This document shows positions 37,021-47,709 of a DNA stretch of 64,000 nucleotides, piece after piece (within the stretch, counting starts at the first letter, position 1; the number at the start of each line of letters is the position of its first letter). The stretch is from positions 551,280 to 615,279 of the forward strand of contig NZ_BAAAGF010000001.1 in NCBI RefSeq assembly GCF_039524015.1, written 5' to 3'. Below the pieces are notes generated by a model that was not told the DNA's origin, made no database searches, and saw only the letters and a program-made list of their open reading frames with translations. A program made the translations under genes and the position numbers. This stretch comes from Gaetbulibacter jejuensis. GTDB lineage: Bacteria; Bacteroidota; Bacteroidia; Flavobacteriales; Flavobacteriaceae.

Positions 37021-38031
37021 ATGGTACCTCAAAATCAATATGAAATTAAGCCACTAACGTTGCAAGACAGAAAAATGCTCAGGCGACAATTTTTGTTTTT
37101 AATTGCATTTGGTGTTTTTGTTGGAGCAATTTTTTTCTTCATTTTTAAATTTGTGTTGCCAACTGGTGAAATGGAATATATTCCTGTTTTTGTTTTTACT
37201 GCTTTTGCTCTAATTTTTGGAGTCTTTATATCCTACTTTTTCTGGGGAACTTATATCGATTTAAAAAAAGGAGTAAAACAATGTTATACTGGTATTGTTA
37301 CTGATAAGCGGGTAAACAAACATACATCATCTTCTGCTAGACACAATAGAGGTGGTTCTCATGCCTATGGTTCTTCACGTAAAAGTACTCAAACCTACTA
37401 TTATGTTAGTATAGAAAATATAGAGCACAGTGTGTCTTACAAGCAGTATTCCCAAGCTAAATTAGGTGATAAAGTTTCTATCGAAATTAGCCCTAAAAAG
37501 AAGGAAGTTTTAGACTTTAAGGTTTTAGAAAAAAATAATGACACAACAATCTTATCTCATCATACAATAAGTAAAAATCGTTACGAACGTGATGAGAAGT
37601 CTTTTCCTATGACAATAAAAGAGATTGAATTAGTCAAAAAAATGTTTTTTAAAACGATTAGAAAAGACCTAGTGTATCTTATCCCAATAATTATTCTACT
37701 ATTTGTACTTTGGAAAGGCATATTCATATTTCTAATTCCGTTAATTATTGCATTTATATACTATTCATTTAAACTGTTGATTAAGTACAATAGATATGCA
37801 AAATTTAATCGTAATGGCTATTTAAAAACGGTTACTAAGGTTCAAGTGATTGATAAATTGAAAGCAACGTCTAATCGAAGTTCTACAAAATTTCAAATTG
37901 AAACGAATCAAGGAAATATTAATGTTTCAGAGCATATTTATAATCAAGTGCAGGCTTCTCAAGTCATAAATTTACACAAAGCCTCATTTATAGATCTATT
38001 GTTTGAAGTGAGTTTTGATTATGACAATTAA
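37021..38031 (+). CDS. Hypothetical membrane protein with two (2-TM plus soluble domain) modules
   Basis: TM pairs at about residues 22-75 and 205-245, each followed by a hydrophilic domain; no recognised family. Confidence 0.4.
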   Translation: MVPQNQYEIKPLTLQDRKMLRRQFLFLIAFGVFVGAIFFFIFKFVLPTGEMEYIPVFVFTAFALIFGVFISYFFWGTYIDLKKGVKQCYTGIVTDKRVNKHTSSSARHNRGGSHAYGSSRKSTQTYYYVSIENIEHSVSYKQYSQAKLGDKVSIEISPKKKEVLDFKVLEKNNDTTILSHHTISKNRYERDEKSFPMTIKEIELVKKMFFKTIRKDLVYLIPIIILLFVLWKGIFIFLIPLIIAFIYYSFKLLIKYNRYAKFNRNGYLKTVTKVQVIDKLKATSNRSSTKFQIETNQGNINVSEHIYNQVQASQVINLHKASFIDLLFEVSFDYDN

Positions 38032-38052
38032 CCATCCAGAAAAATAAACCCA

Positions 38053-38673
38053 ATGAATAACTTTTCATCTCTTATAGATAAACCACTTAAACATTATTCC
38101 CAATGGGATTTTTTAGTGTTTATTTTGCTTACTGCTTTATCCATTTGGAGTGGGCAAACTACAGTGTTTTATATTATTTACTTTTTTTGGTGGAATGAAC
38201 TTATTAGAATTATGGTTGACAGAATTTGCTTTAAGCATAACAAAAATGCGGTGAATATAAGTCAAGGAAAAACATCGGTATTCGGTTCCTTTATCCAAAT
38301 GGGTGTGTATTTTGTGTTTATAGTGGTATTTTTTGCATTTATGGCCAATTGGAACAATGATACGCTTATACTAATTAACATGAGAATTTTATTTTTCCAG
38401 AATTGGTTTTTTAACATTAACCTTGTGTTTGTGGCTGTAGAACGTATACTGTTACATAGCACTCAGCAGCCTTTAAAAGTAAGTTTTGGAAACTTCACAC
38501 CTAACATGCTTATCCTTCATGTGTCAATAATATTAGGTGTTGTTTTAATGCTTTTTGTGGTTAGAAATTTCCCTGAAACTTTCACACCCAATAATTTATG
38601 GGGTTCGGTAATTATTATTTTACCTTTTTTGTTCATAAGAGCATTTGCACTGCGTTTTAAATTGACATCCTAA
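38053..38673 (+). CDS. Hypothetical polytopic membrane protein
   Basis: About 6 predicted TM helices; no recognised family. Confidence 0.4.
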   Translation: MNNFSSLIDKPLKHYSQWDFLVFILLTALSIWSGQTTVFYIIYFFWWNELIRIMVDRICFKHNKNAVNISQGKTSVFGSFIQMGVYFVFIVVFFAFMANWNNDTLILINMRILFFQNWFFNINLVFVAVERILLHSTQQPLKVSFGNFTPNMLILHVSIILGVVLMLFVVRNFPETFTPNNLWGSVIIILPFLFIRAFALRFKLTS

Positions 38674-38681
38674 CTGAAAAT

Positions 38682-38715
38682 AAAAAACCTCATAGCATAA
38701 GACTATGAGGTTTGT
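38682..38715. terminator. Bidirectional intrinsic terminator (cctcatag … ctatgagg) between the 38053 gene (+) and metG (-)
   Basis: A6, 8-bp stem, T-run. Confidence 0.65.
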
Positions 38716-38734
38716 AATCTGTTATTAGGTGTAA

Positions 38735-40807
38735 TTAACTTATCTGTAAACCGTTCGCAACGTCTTGGTTGGCATCAGGATTTACAAACACCAATTTACC
38801 TTCTGGACTTTCGGTCATTAAAATCATACCTTCACTTTCAACACCACGTAATTTTCTTGGTGCTAAATTCACTAAAACGGTAACTCGTTTTCCTATAACT
38901 TCTTCAGCAGTAAAACTTTCAGCAATACCAGAAACTATAGTTCTGGTGTCAATACCTGTATCAACTTTTAAGACTAAAAGCTTTTTAGCTTTCGGCATTT
39001 TTTCGGCTTCAATAATAGTTCCTACACGTAAATCTAACTTTGTAAAATCATCAAAAGTGATTTCTTCTTTTTGTGGTTCGGCTGCTTTATTGGCAGCTTC
39101 ATTGGCCTTTTTACTCGCTTCTAGTTTATCTAATTGTGCTTGAATGTCTTTATCTTCAATTTTATTGAATAACAATTCAGCTTTTCCTATTTGATGTCCT
39201 GCAGGAAGCAAAATATCTTTAGTTGAAATGTCTTCCCAAGACATCTCGACTCCGCTCGATGATACATTTAAAATAGATTTCAATTTTGAAGATGTAAATG
39301 GTAAAAACGGTTCGCTTATAGTTGCTAAAGCCGATGCTATTTGTAGTGCTACAAACATAATTGTTTTTGTGCGAGCTTCGTCTTCTTTAATAACTTTCCA
39401 AGGTTCTTCATCAGCTAAATACTTATTACCCAATCGTGCAAGATTCATCAATTCCTGACTTGCCTCACGAAAACGGTAACGCTCAATAGAACTTGCAATA
39501 ACATCTGGATACGCTTTTACAGCAGCAAGTGTTTCTTCGTCAACTTGAGAATAGTCGCTTGGTTCTGGAATAATACCATTGTAATACTTGTTGGTTAAAA
39601 CAACAACACGGTTTATAAAGTTTCCAAAAATGGCTACCAACTCGTTATTGTTTCTTGCCTGAAAATCTTTCCAAGTAAAATCATTGTCTTTGGTCTCTGG
39701 TGCATTTGCTGTTAATGCATAACGCAACACATCTTGCTTATCTGGAAAATCCTCTAAATATTCTGGTAACCAAACTGCCCAGTTTTTTGACGTAGATAAT
39801 TTATTGCCTTCTAAATTTAAAAACTCGTTAGCTGGCACATTATCTGGTAAAATATATGAGCCTTCTGCTTTTAGCATACTTGGGAAAATGATACAGTGAA
39901 ACACAATATTATCTTTTCCTATAAAGTGAACCAATTTGGTGTTTTCGTCTTTCCAGTATGGTTCCCAATCTTTTCCTTCGCGTTCAGCCCATTCTTTGGT
40001 TGCCGAAATGTAACCAATTGGCGCATCAAACCATACGTAAAGCACTTTGCCTTCGCCACCTTCAACAGGAACAGGAATTCCCCAATCCAGATCACGTGTT
40101 ACAGCTCGAGGTCGTAAACCATCGTCAATCCAAGATTTTACTTGTCCGTAAACATTAGGTTTCCAATCTTTTTTATGACCTTTTAAAATCCATTCTTTTA
40201 AAAAATCTTCGTGCTTATCTAATGGTAAAAACCAGTGTTTTGTTTCTTTTAGGGTTGGAGCGTTACCAGTAATAGCCGATTTTGGGTTAATTAAATCGGT
40301 AGCATTATGGCTGGTTCCACATTTTTCACATTGATCACCATAAGCTTCTTCATTACCACATTTTGGACAGGTTCCAATCACAAAACGGTCTGCCAAGAAC
40401 TGTTTAGCTTCTTCATCATATAATTGCTCGGTAACCTCTTCAATAAACTCCCCTTTTTTATACAACTCCAAGAAAAAATCTGAAGCCGTTTCATGGTGAA
40501 TTTGCGCTGATGTTCTTGAGTAATTATCAAAGGTAATTCCAAAATCTTCAAAAGATTTTTTAATAATGGCATGATATTTATCAACAACATCTTGAGGTGA
40601 TACACCTTCTTTTTTTGCTTTTATAGTAATAGGAACACCATGCTCATCGCTACCGCAAACAAAGGCCACATCGTTTCCTGTTAAGCGTTGGTAACGCGCA
40701 TAAATATCAGCTGGAACATAAACACCTGCTAAATGTCCTATATGAATTGGACCGTTTGTGTAAGGTAATGCTGCAGTAATTGTATATCGTTTAGGATTTG
40801 TTGACAT
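38735..40807 (-). CDS. metG: Methionine--tRNA ligase with C-terminal tRNA-binding (EMAP/Trbp111-like) domain
   Basis: HIGH motif ([14 protein letters not shown]), KMSKS (KLSTSK), zinc knuckle CPKCG…CEKCG, C-terminal OB-fold tRNA-binding domain. Confidence 0.9.
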   Translation of the reverse strand: MSTNPKRYTITAALPYTNGPIHIGHLAGVYVPADIYARYQRLTGNDVAFVCGSDEHGVPITIKAKKEGVSPQDVVDKYHAIIKKSFEDFGITFDNYSRTSAQIHHETASDFFLELYKKGEFIEEVTEQLYDEEAKQFLADRFVIGTCPKCGNEEAYGDQCEKCGTSHNATDLINPKSAITGNAPTLKETKHWFLPLDKHEDFLKEWILKGHKKDWKPNVYGQVKSWIDDGLRPRAVTRDLDWGIPVPVEGGEGKVLYVWFDAPIGYISATKEWAEREGKDWEPYWKDENTKLVHFIGKDNIVFHCIIFPSMLKAEGSYILPDNVPANEFLNLEGNKLSTSKNWAVWLPEYLEDFPDKQDVLRYALTANAPETKDNDFTWKDFQARNNNELVAIFGNFINRVVVLTNKYYNGIIPEPSDYSQVDEETLAAVKAYPDVIASSIERYRFREASQELMNLARLGNKYLADEEPWKVIKEDEARTKTIMFVALQIASALATISEPFLPFTSSKLKSILNVSSSGVEMSWEDISTKDILLPAGHQIGKAELLFNKIEDKDIQAQLDKLEASKKANEAANKAAEPQKEEITFDDFTKLDLRVGTIIEAEKMPKAKKLLVLKVDTGIDTRTIVSGIAESFTAEEVIGKRVTVLVNLAPRKLRGVESEGMILMTESPEGKLVFVNPDANQDVANGLQIS

Positions 40808-40920
40808 ATCAAGGTTTAATTTGATGGCAAAAATAACTATTAAGTTTTTTATTCTCTCAATTCTTAATCCTTCAATTGAGTTTTGAGGGCTATTTTTTAT
40901 TAGATTTGATAGAAAAAGCT

Positions 40921-41553
40921 ATGAAAAAGTACTATTATGTAATTTTAGTATTCTTTTTTACGTGCAATAGTTTTGCCCAAAAAGAAAAAGATTCTACCGA
41001 GGTGAAATCTAATCCAATAGTTTATGTCGACTTTTTAGTAGGCGCCTCAAATAGCGGAAATGAAGTAAACGGATTAACTTTTGGATTTAGTGCAAATTAT
41101 CAAATAAATAAAGATCTATTTACTTTTAGAAGCACATATGTTGCTGAGACAAACCCTGATGCAGGATTAGCTAGTGTTTTAATCGTTCCATTATTTATTG
41201 GAGGAGATTCATTGAATGAGTTTGCCTTACTCTATGGAAAACGGTTTATTTTTAATGGTTCTGCTCTTAGTATTTCAGCAGGTGTATCTTCTAATTTGTT
41301 AAGGTATAGTAGAACTGTAGATGGTGAAAAATTTAGATATAACGAATCATATATAGCTGTTCCTTTTGAGTTAAATTTTAATTTTTTTAAAGCTAAAAAA
41401 AAGCGGTTTAGAGTATTGTATGGGATAATCCCTGTGGGGCAACCAACTGCATTTGGTAGAAGTTTTGGGGTTAAAATATTTGGTAGCTTAGGAGAGTTCA
41501 ATTATTTTGGTGTAGGTTTAAACTTAGGTTTAGGATGGCATAAAAAATATTAA
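40921..41553 (+). CDS. Hypothetical secreted protein (possible small outer-membrane beta-barrel)
   Basis: Signal peptide MKKYYYVILVFFFTCNSFAQ; alternating hydrophobic pattern; C-terminal aromatic-rich end. Confidence 0.4.
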   Translation: MKKYYYVILVFFFTCNSFAQKEKDSTEVKSNPIVYVDFLVGASNSGNEVNGLTFGFSANYQINKDLFTFRSTYVAETNPDAGLASVLIVPLFIGGDSLNEFALLYGKRFIFNGSALSISAGVSSNLLRYSRTVDGEKFRYNESYIAVPFELNFNFFKAKKKRFRVLYGIIPVGQPTAFGRSFGVKIFGSLGEFNYFGVGLNLGLGWHKKY

Positions 41554-41554
41554 T

Positions 41555-42535
41555 ATGGCATTAAAAAAAATAACATTGTTTCTCTTGTGTATTATAGCAG
41601 GTGAAATGTATTCTCAAGAAAAAATGACACAACCACCATATTTAAAAGTAGGTGATACAGTGGCTATTGTAGCACCTTCAGGAATTTTAAAAAACAGACA
41701 ACGTGAAGTTCAACAAGCTAGCGATTTACTTAAAAGTTGGGGTTTAAATGTGGTTGTTGGTAAGCATGTGTTTAGTCAAGACAATCATTTTGCTGGAACT
41801 GATAACGAGCGTTGTGAAGATTTTCAAAACGCGATGGACGACCCAACTATAAGTGCTATTTGGTGTGCACGTGGTGGTTATGGTGCTGTTAGAATTTTAG
41901 ATAAACTCGATTTCACAAAATTTAAAACACAACCCAAATGGCTTATAGGTTATAGTGATATTACAGCCTTACATAGTTTGTTTCACAACCAAGGGTTTGA
42001 AACTATACATGCTATGATGTGTGTGAGCTTAACAAAAGATCTTGAAGGACTTGAACAAACCGTTGCTACATTTAAGTCGGCAATTTTTGGAGAGACTTTG
42101 ACCTATACTTTAGCAGGAACAAATTATAACAGAGTTGGAACAGCATCAGGTGAATTGGTAGGAGGAAACCTAACGATGTTGCACACTATGTTGGGTTCTG
42201 AAACTAGTATTGATACTTCGGGAAAAATTTTATTTATTGAAGAAATTGGTGAGTATAAATATCATATAGACCGTATGTTACAAAGTTTAAAACGTGCTGG
42301 TTATTTTGATAATTGTGCAGGAGTTATTGTTGGAGATATGACCAAACTTAGAAAAAACACAACGCTTTGGGGAACATCTATTGAGCAACTTATTTTAGAT
42401 GCTTTGGCTGATTACGATTTTCCTATTGCGTTTAATATGCCTGCTGGACACGAAGATGATAACAGAGCAATGTTTTTAGGTCGAACAGTACAGTTGACAG
42501 TTGGTGCTGAGCAGTCAACATTGGTTTTTGAGTAA
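41555..42535 (+). CDS. ldcA: LD-carboxypeptidase (peptidase S66, LdcA/MccF-like) with signal peptide
   Basis: S66 fold length and conserved Ser-nucleophile region (…GYSDITALH…), C-terminal His/Glu region (…PAGHEDDN…). Confidence 0.7.
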   Translation: MALKKITLFLLCIIAGEMYSQEKMTQPPYLKVGDTVAIVAPSGILKNRQREVQQASDLLKSWGLNVVVGKHVFSQDNHFAGTDNERCEDFQNAMDDPTISAIWCARGGYGAVRILDKLDFTKFKTQPKWLIGYSDITALHSLFHNQGFETIHAMMCVSLTKDLEGLEQTVATFKSAIFGETLTYTLAGTNYNRVGTASGELVGGNLTMLHTMLGSETSIDTSGKILFIEEIGEYKYHIDRMLQSLKRAGYFDNCAGVIVGDMTKLRKNTTLWGTSIEQLILDALADYDFPIAFNMPAGHEDDNRAMFLGRTVQLTVGAEQSTLVFE

Positions 42536-43047
42536 TGAAAAAGCTGATTTTTTTATTTTGTTTAGTCTTTATTGTTTGTTGTGAAAATGAAAACACAGAT
42601 TCTATTAAAGAATTTGAAACTACTTTAGGAAAGAAAAACATTGAAGTGTTGAACTTATTGGTTAATAAGTTTGAACTTTTTTTATCTAAAGAATATCCTG
42701 CTTTGGAAGTGAAAGATGCTTATTATCAATTTTTATTAGATATTAAGAATAATAAAGAATTTGAAAGTGACTATTTCCTGTCAGAAGAGGATAGACAAGT
42801 TTATATCAAGAGTGGATTTAAAAATGAAATTTACGATTCTGAAAATAATGTTAATCAAACAGGAAAATATATGTTAGCATTATCTTTAGTTAAAGATTCT
42901 GATTCTTTAATTAAAAAGTATTTCGAAAATCGACAAGCAGCAGGAACGATTCATAACATTCTTTTTGCAAACAGTATTTTAAGTAATGACCCAAACTTTA
43001 ATAATTATTTTCATAAACGTATAGTTGTTTTAGAATACAGCTTTTAA
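42535..43047 (+). CDS. Hypothetical lipoprotein
   Basis: Lipobox (LVFIVCCEN); no recognised domain. Confidence 0.4.
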   Translation: MKKLIFLFCLVFIVCCENENTDSIKEFETTLGKKNIEVLNLLVNKFELFLSKEYPALEVKDAYYQFLLDIKNNKEFESDYFLSEEDRQVYIKSGFKNEIYDSENNVNQTGKYMLALSLVKDSDSLIKKYFENRQAAGTIHNILFANSILSNDPNFNNYFHKRIVVLEYSF

Positions 43048-43142
43048 ACTAGCATAAGGCTTCTGTTAATATGTAAAAAAAATGTCAAAGAAGTGTCAAA
43101 CGCTCAAGTAATTGACATATTTATGTTTTATTTACAAAACAT

Positions 43143-43979
43143 ATGAAAAGGACTATTTATTCTATATTTTTTATTTTGTTGTTGAGTTGTTCAATGTCTT
43201 GTGACGATGAAAATTCATTTTCTGAAATCACTAAAATTGCATTGCGAGATGTAGGGAATTCACTTTTACTGTCTCAAAGCGATTCTACCTCTTTAGTTTT
43301 ACCAATTACTAATATTGATACCAATAAATTTGAATTAACCTTTCAAGAGGAACTAAGGATTGTTCCAGATAATTTAGTAGATGCAGTAAAGAATAGTTTT
43401 GCCAAAGCCAATTTACCTGATAATTATAGAATTGAAGTATTACAGTGTTCAGATAATGAAGTAGCGTATAGCTATGAAATGAAAAACGAAGAGCAGAACA
43501 GTATTATACCTTGTATGGGAAGAGCATTACCTGTTGGGTGTTACATAATCCAAGTGCAATTTACTGAGCTTAAACAGACTTCTTGGGTAATGTATGTATT
43601 ACTTTTTGGTGGAGTAATTTTAGCTTTATGGTTTTTAATGAAGCTTAGAAAACCAAAGCTCAAGGAAGACACGTTGGAATCTTACATTATTGGAAAATAT
43701 GAGTTTTACCCTGACCAAAATAAATTGGTAAAGTCAGCTTCTGAAATTCAACTTTCCAAAAAAGAGTGCGAGCTGCTTGAAATTTTCTATGAAAACTTGA
43801 ATACTGTAGTTAAACGAGATGAGTTGGTTAAACGAGTTTGGGAAGACCAAGGCGTGTTTGTTGGTAGGAGTTTAGATACCTATATTTCTAAACTGAGAAA
43901 AAAATTACAGGAGGACGATTCTATAAAAATAACTAACATTCATGGTATTGGGTATAAGTTAGAAGTATTAGATACTTAG
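43143..43979 (+). CDS. Membrane-anchored winged-helix (OmpR/PhoB-type trans_reg_C) DNA-binding protein with N-terminal lipoprotein-like extracytoplasmic domain and central TM helix
   Basis: C-terminal …ECELLEIFYENLNTVVKRDELVKRVWEDQGVFVGRSLDTYISKLRKKL…IHGIGYKL is a trans_reg_C wHTH; TM helix WVMYVLLFGGVILALWFLMKL; N-terminal signal/lipobox LLSCSMSC. Confidence 0.6.
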   Translation: MKRTIYSIFFILLLSCSMSCDDENSFSEITKIALRDVGNSLLLSQSDSTSLVLPITNIDTNKFELTFQEELRIVPDNLVDAVKNSFAKANLPDNYRIEVLQCSDNEVAYSYEMKNEEQNSIIPCMGRALPVGCYIIQVQFTELKQTSWVMYVLLFGGVILALWFLMKLRKPKLKEDTLESYIIGKYEFYPDQNKLVKSASEIQLSKKECELLEIFYENLNTVVKRDELVKRVWEDQGVFVGRSLDTYISKLRKKLQEDDSIKITNIHGIGYKLEVLDT

Positions 43980-44000
43980 AGTTTTTAATTATTAAATCAG

Positions 44001-44360
44001 ATGGCACAACACAATGAACTTGGTAAAAAAGGAGAGCAACTAGCAGTAGATTTTTTGTTGCAAAATCACTATGAAATTGTGGAACGCAATTATCGTTTTG
44101 ATAAGGCTGAGGTTGATATTATTGCCCAAAAAGAAGATATTCTTGCCATTATTGAAGTGAAAACACGCTCTACTACCGATTTTGGAAATCCGCAAGATTT
44201 TGTAAAACCAAAACAAATTAAAAACCTAGTAAAAGCAGTAGATGAATACGTAACCGTAAATGGTTTAGAGGTTGAAGTGCGTTTTGATATTATTGCAATT
44301 GTAAAAAACGAAAAAGACTACACGATAGAGCATTTAGAAAATGCATTTTTTCATTTTTAA
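44001..44360 (+). CDS. yraN: YraN family (UPF0102) endonuclease-like protein
   Basis: 119 aa; conserved GEQLAVDFL…NYR…EVDIIA…EVKTR pattern. Confidence 0.75.
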   Translation: MAQHNELGKKGEQLAVDFLLQNHYEIVERNYRFDKAEVDIIAQKEDILAIIEVKTRSTTDFGNPQDFVKPKQIKNLVKAVDEYVTVNGLEVEVRFDIIAIVKNEKDYTIEHLENAFFHF

Positions 44361-45076
44361 CTAATTTTATAGTATTCTGACCAAGATAAAGGTTTATCTA
44401 GATAATGTTTATTAAATTCTAAATGAATCACTCTTCTTTTTTTTCCATTTGTCGTTCTATTAGAAGAATGTAAAGTTAAAGGTTTCATTAACATTGCGCC
44501 TCCTTTATCAATATTACAGATAAATTCATTTTCTGAATTCAAATCTGTAGATTCTACACGAATTATTCCATTTGAATGAGATTTAGGAATTACTTTAAGA
44601 GCTCCATTGTATCTATCTGTTTTGTCTAAATGAATCCGGACGGTTATAGTGTCTTGTAAAATTTTTAAAGGAGGTTGAACACCATAAAATCCTTTTTTGA
44701 AAGTCCAATTAGAATAGTTTTCTAGTTCTACTTTTTTGTTAACAGAAATGCTTAAATCTTGATGGAAAGGAACAAACCAATTAGATTCACTAGGCTTGTC
44801 AAAATAGATGGCTTTTGTTAGGAAATAGTTCTCTTTGAAGAGTTGAGATGTTAATTCTATTAGTTTTTCATTAAATAGTAAACTAGATATTTTTGGAACA
44901 CTTTTGATTAGTTGCCTTATGGCAAACAAATCTTTCGATTTCATAAATGAATTTTCATCTTGTTCGGTATTTTCGATACAATTTAAAATTTGAGAAACTT
45001 CATTATCTGAATATAAGTCTGTCAAAATAGAAAAACCATTTTCCTCAAGCTCTAGTTTGTTTTTCAAATAATTCAT
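44357..45076 (-). CDS. Phytanoyl-CoA dioxygenase (PhyH) family Fe(II)/2-oxoglutarate oxygenase
   Basis: FHQDLS (HxD) and distal His (LTLHSS) facial triad, Arg near the C-terminus; about 239 aa. Confidence 0.55.
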   Translation of the reverse strand: MNYLKNKLELEENGFSILTDLYSDNEVSQILNCIENTEQDENSFMKSKDLFAIRQLIKSVPKISSLLFNEKLIELTSQLFKENYFLTKAIYFDKPSESNWFVPFHQDLSISVNKKVELENYSNWTFKKGFYGVQPPLKILQDTITVRIHLDKTDRYNGALKVIPKSHSNGIIRVESTDLNSENEFICNIDKGGAMLMKPLTLHSSNRTTNGKKRRVIHLEFNKHYLDKPLSWSEYYKIS

Positions 45077-45085
45077 TGTAGAATC

Positions 45086-45664
45086 TTATCTATAAAAATT
45101 CATTTGATCAACATATTCCCAAACGTGTTCAGGAAGCATTGGCCTTATGTTTTTACCTGCTTTTATTGATTTTCTAATAAATGTAGAAGAGAGCTCCATT
45201 ATTGGAGCAGCAACATGATGAATTTTTGGGTGACCATCAAACTGGGTTTCAACAGTTCCTTCAGAAATACGAGGATACACATAAATATCATGACCTTGAA
45301 GAATCAATTCATAGTTTTTCCATTTATGGAAACTCTTTAAATTGTCTTCACCCATAATTAAAGCAAACTCATAATCAGGATGTTTTTCTTGTAAGTATGT
45401 AAGCGTATTTATAGTGTAATTTGGTTGTGGTAAGTTAAACTCAATATCGCTTGGTTTTAGTTTGGTATAGTCTTTTGTAGCACGATATACCATTTCTAAA
45501 CGTTGGTGGTTATCTAGTAAAGAGCTCTTTTTTTTAAACGGATTGTGAGGCGTAACTACTAACCAAATTTGGTCCAAATCACTATATTCAGCCATGTGGT
45601 TGGCAATGGTTAAATGCCCAACATGAATAGGGTTAAACGTACCAAAATAAAGACCTATTTTCAT
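45086..45664 (-). CDS. nadD: Nicotinate-nucleotide adenylyltransferase
   Basis: GTFNPIHVGHL (H/TxGH) motif, 192 aa. Confidence 0.85.
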   Translation of the reverse strand: MKIGLYFGTFNPIHVGHLTIANHMAEYSDLDQIWLVVTPHNPFKKKSSLLDNHQRLEMVYRATKDYTKLKPSDIEFNLPQPNYTINTLTYLQEKHPDYEFALIMGEDNLKSFHKWKNYELILQGHDIYVYPRISEGTVETQFDGHPKIHHVAAPIMELSSTFIRKSIKAGKNIRPMLPEHVWEYVDQMNFYR

Positions 45665-46242
45665 TTTTTATCAATACCTAAATAGTTTGAAACTAGTTTG
45701 TATGCTTCGTCTAAAGCTTTATCTAAATCGTCGTTAATTACAATTTTGTCAAACAATGGTGCAGTTGCCAATTCAGCAGATGCCTTTGCAATACGCATGT
45801 TTATTTTGTCGTCGCTTTCGGTCTTACGTTTTTTAAGTCTTATTTTAAGTTCGTCAATACTTGGAGGTTTTACAAAAATGGCAAGTGTTTCTTCTGGGAA
45901 TTTTCGTTTAATGCGTAATCCTCCAGAAACATCAATATCAAAAATAACATGTTTTCCTTTGGCCCAAATACGCTCCACTTCGGTTTTTAAAGTGCCATAA
46001 AAATTGTCGCGATACACTTCTTCCCACTCTAAAAACTCATCGTTTTTTATTTTCTTTTTAAAGTCTTCAAAACTTAAAAAATAGTAGTCTTTACCATGTA
46101 CTTCTTCGCCTCTTTTGGCACGCGAAGTAGCCGAAATAGAAAACTCTAAATCCAACTCTTGCTGTTTAAGCAAATGTCTTACAATAGTGGTTTTTCCTGA
46201 GCCAGAAGGCGCTGAAAACACAATAAGTTTACCTTGCTTCAT
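45661..46242 (-). CDS. gmk: Guanylate kinase
   Basis: P-loop SAPSGSGKTT, GMP-binding region, 193 aa. Confidence 0.85.
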   Translation of the reverse strand: MKQGKLIVFSAPSGSGKTTIVRHLLKQQELDLEFSISATSRAKRGEEVHGKDYYFLSFEDFKKKIKNDEFLEWEEVYRDNFYGTLKTEVERIWAKGKHVIFDIDVSGGLRIKRKFPEETLAIFVKPPSIDELKIRLKKRKTESDDKINMRIAKASAELATAPLFDKIVINDDLDKALDEAYKLVSNYLGIDKK

Positions 46243-47099
46243 TATAATACGTTTAAGAGTTGTTCTTTAATTTTTTCGAGCTCATCTTTCATTTGAACTA
46301 CCAGTTTTTGCATTGGTGCATAATTAGATTTTGACCCAATGGTATTGATTTCGCGTCCCATTTCCTGACTGATAAACCCTAATTTTTTACCGTTAGAATC
46401 GCTAGATTTTAATGTTTTCAAAAAGTAGTCCAAATGATTGCTTAATCTTACTTTTTCTTCAGTAATGTCAAATTTTTCTATGTAAAATACCAGTTCTTGC
46501 TCAAAACGATTTTCGTCAACTTTTTCTTTTATATCGGCAATTCCTTTTTGCAAACGTTCTCTTACTCCTTTAATACGCTCAGGATCCATTTTTATAACTT
46601 GCTCCAATAGGTTTGAAATAGTATTGACACGCTCTATAAAATCGGCTTCCAAAACTTGTCCTTCATCTAATCTGTACTGATAAATTTTTTCTAGACTGCT
46701 ATCAATTTCTTTAGCAATTTGGCTCCATTCGTCTTCATCAATTTCATCACGTTCAGTAGTCACTGCATCAGGAAGTCTAATAGCCATTTTAAGCATTTCG
46801 GTTTCATCACCATCAACAACTTCTTTAAGTTGTTTAATATACTGTTGCACAACTGTTTTATTGATTTGAGTAGAGGTTTCTTCACCAGTAATTTCCATGT
46901 ACAACGAAAAATCTATTTTACCTCTTACCAGTTTAGAAGCGATTTGTTTTCTTATCTCAAGTTCCTTTTCTCTGTAAAGCGAAGGCATGCGAGTATTTAA
47001 ATCTAAATTTTTACTGTTAAGGGATTTTACCTCTATTGAAATCTTTTTTGTTGGAAGCTGAATTACAGACTTCCCATATCCTGTCATTGATTGTATCAT
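46242..47099 (-). CDS. yicC: YicC family stress-induced protein (DUF1732)
   Basis: MTGYG(K)S N-terminal hallmark, about 285 aa; likely start at the Met at 47099 (MIQSMTGYGKS). Confidence 0.75.
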   Translation of the reverse strand: MIQSMTGYGKSVIQLPTKKISIEVKSLNSKNLDLNTRMPSLYREKELEIRKQIASKLVRGKIDFSLYMEITGEETSTQINKTVVQQYIKQLKEVVDGDETEMLKMAIRLPDAVTTERDEIDEDEWSQIAKEIDSSLEKIYQYRLDEGQVLEADFIERVNTISNLLEQVIKMDPERIKGVRERLQKGIADIKEKVDENRFEQELVFYIEKFDITEEKVRLSNHLDYFLKTLKSSDSNGKKLGFISQEMGREINTIGSKSNYAPMQKLVVQMKDELEKIKEQLLNVL

Positions 47100-47232
47100 G
47101 AACCTACATTTATATAAAAGTTGAGCAAAGGTAAGGAAAAACATATAGTTATAGGTTATTATAAAAAGCGGAATAACTATTATGCTTGCATAACAAAAAT
47201 CAATAAATTTGTAGAACTTAAAAACCTATGTT

Positions 47233-47709
47233 ATGTATAAAAAACAATTTGAAATTAGATGGAGTGATGTTGATGCTAATAGGCATTTGGCAAATTCTGC
47301 TTATGTAAACTTTATGAGTCATACTCGAGTGGCTTTTTTTGAAGATCATGGCTTTTCGCTTTCAAACTTAGCTAAGTATGATATTAGTCCTGTAATTTTT
47401 TATGAGCACATCTATTATTTTAAAGAAGCGTTTTTAGGCACGCCAATTACTGTAAGCTTAGAAATTATGGGCTTAAGTGATGATGGTATGTTTTTTCAAA
47501 TAGAGCACAATTTCTACAATCATAAAGGTGAAAACTTAGCTAACTGTGAAATTTTAGGTGCTTGGATCAATTTAAAAACAAGATCGTTAACACCACTTCC
47601 TGAAAACTTTAAACAGGAAATGGACACTTTTCCTAAGTCCAAAAACTTTAAGGTTTTAACAAAAGAAGATACTAGAAAGTTCGGTAAAAAGCCAGTAAAC
47701 CTAAGCTGA
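47233..47709 (+). CDS. Acyl-CoA thioesterase, hotdog (4HBT/YbgC-like) fold
   Basis: 158 aa; hotdog-fold pattern with the catalytic Asp near the N-terminus (…RWSDVDANRHLANSAY…). Confidence 0.6.
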   Translation: MYKKQFEIRWSDVDANRHLANSAYVNFMSHTRVAFFEDHGFSLSNLAKYDISPVIFYEHIYYFKEAFLGTPITVSLEIMGLSDDGMFFQIEHNFYNHKGENLANCEILGAWINLKTRSLTPLPENFKQEMDTFPKSKNFKVLTKEDTRKFGKKPVNLS

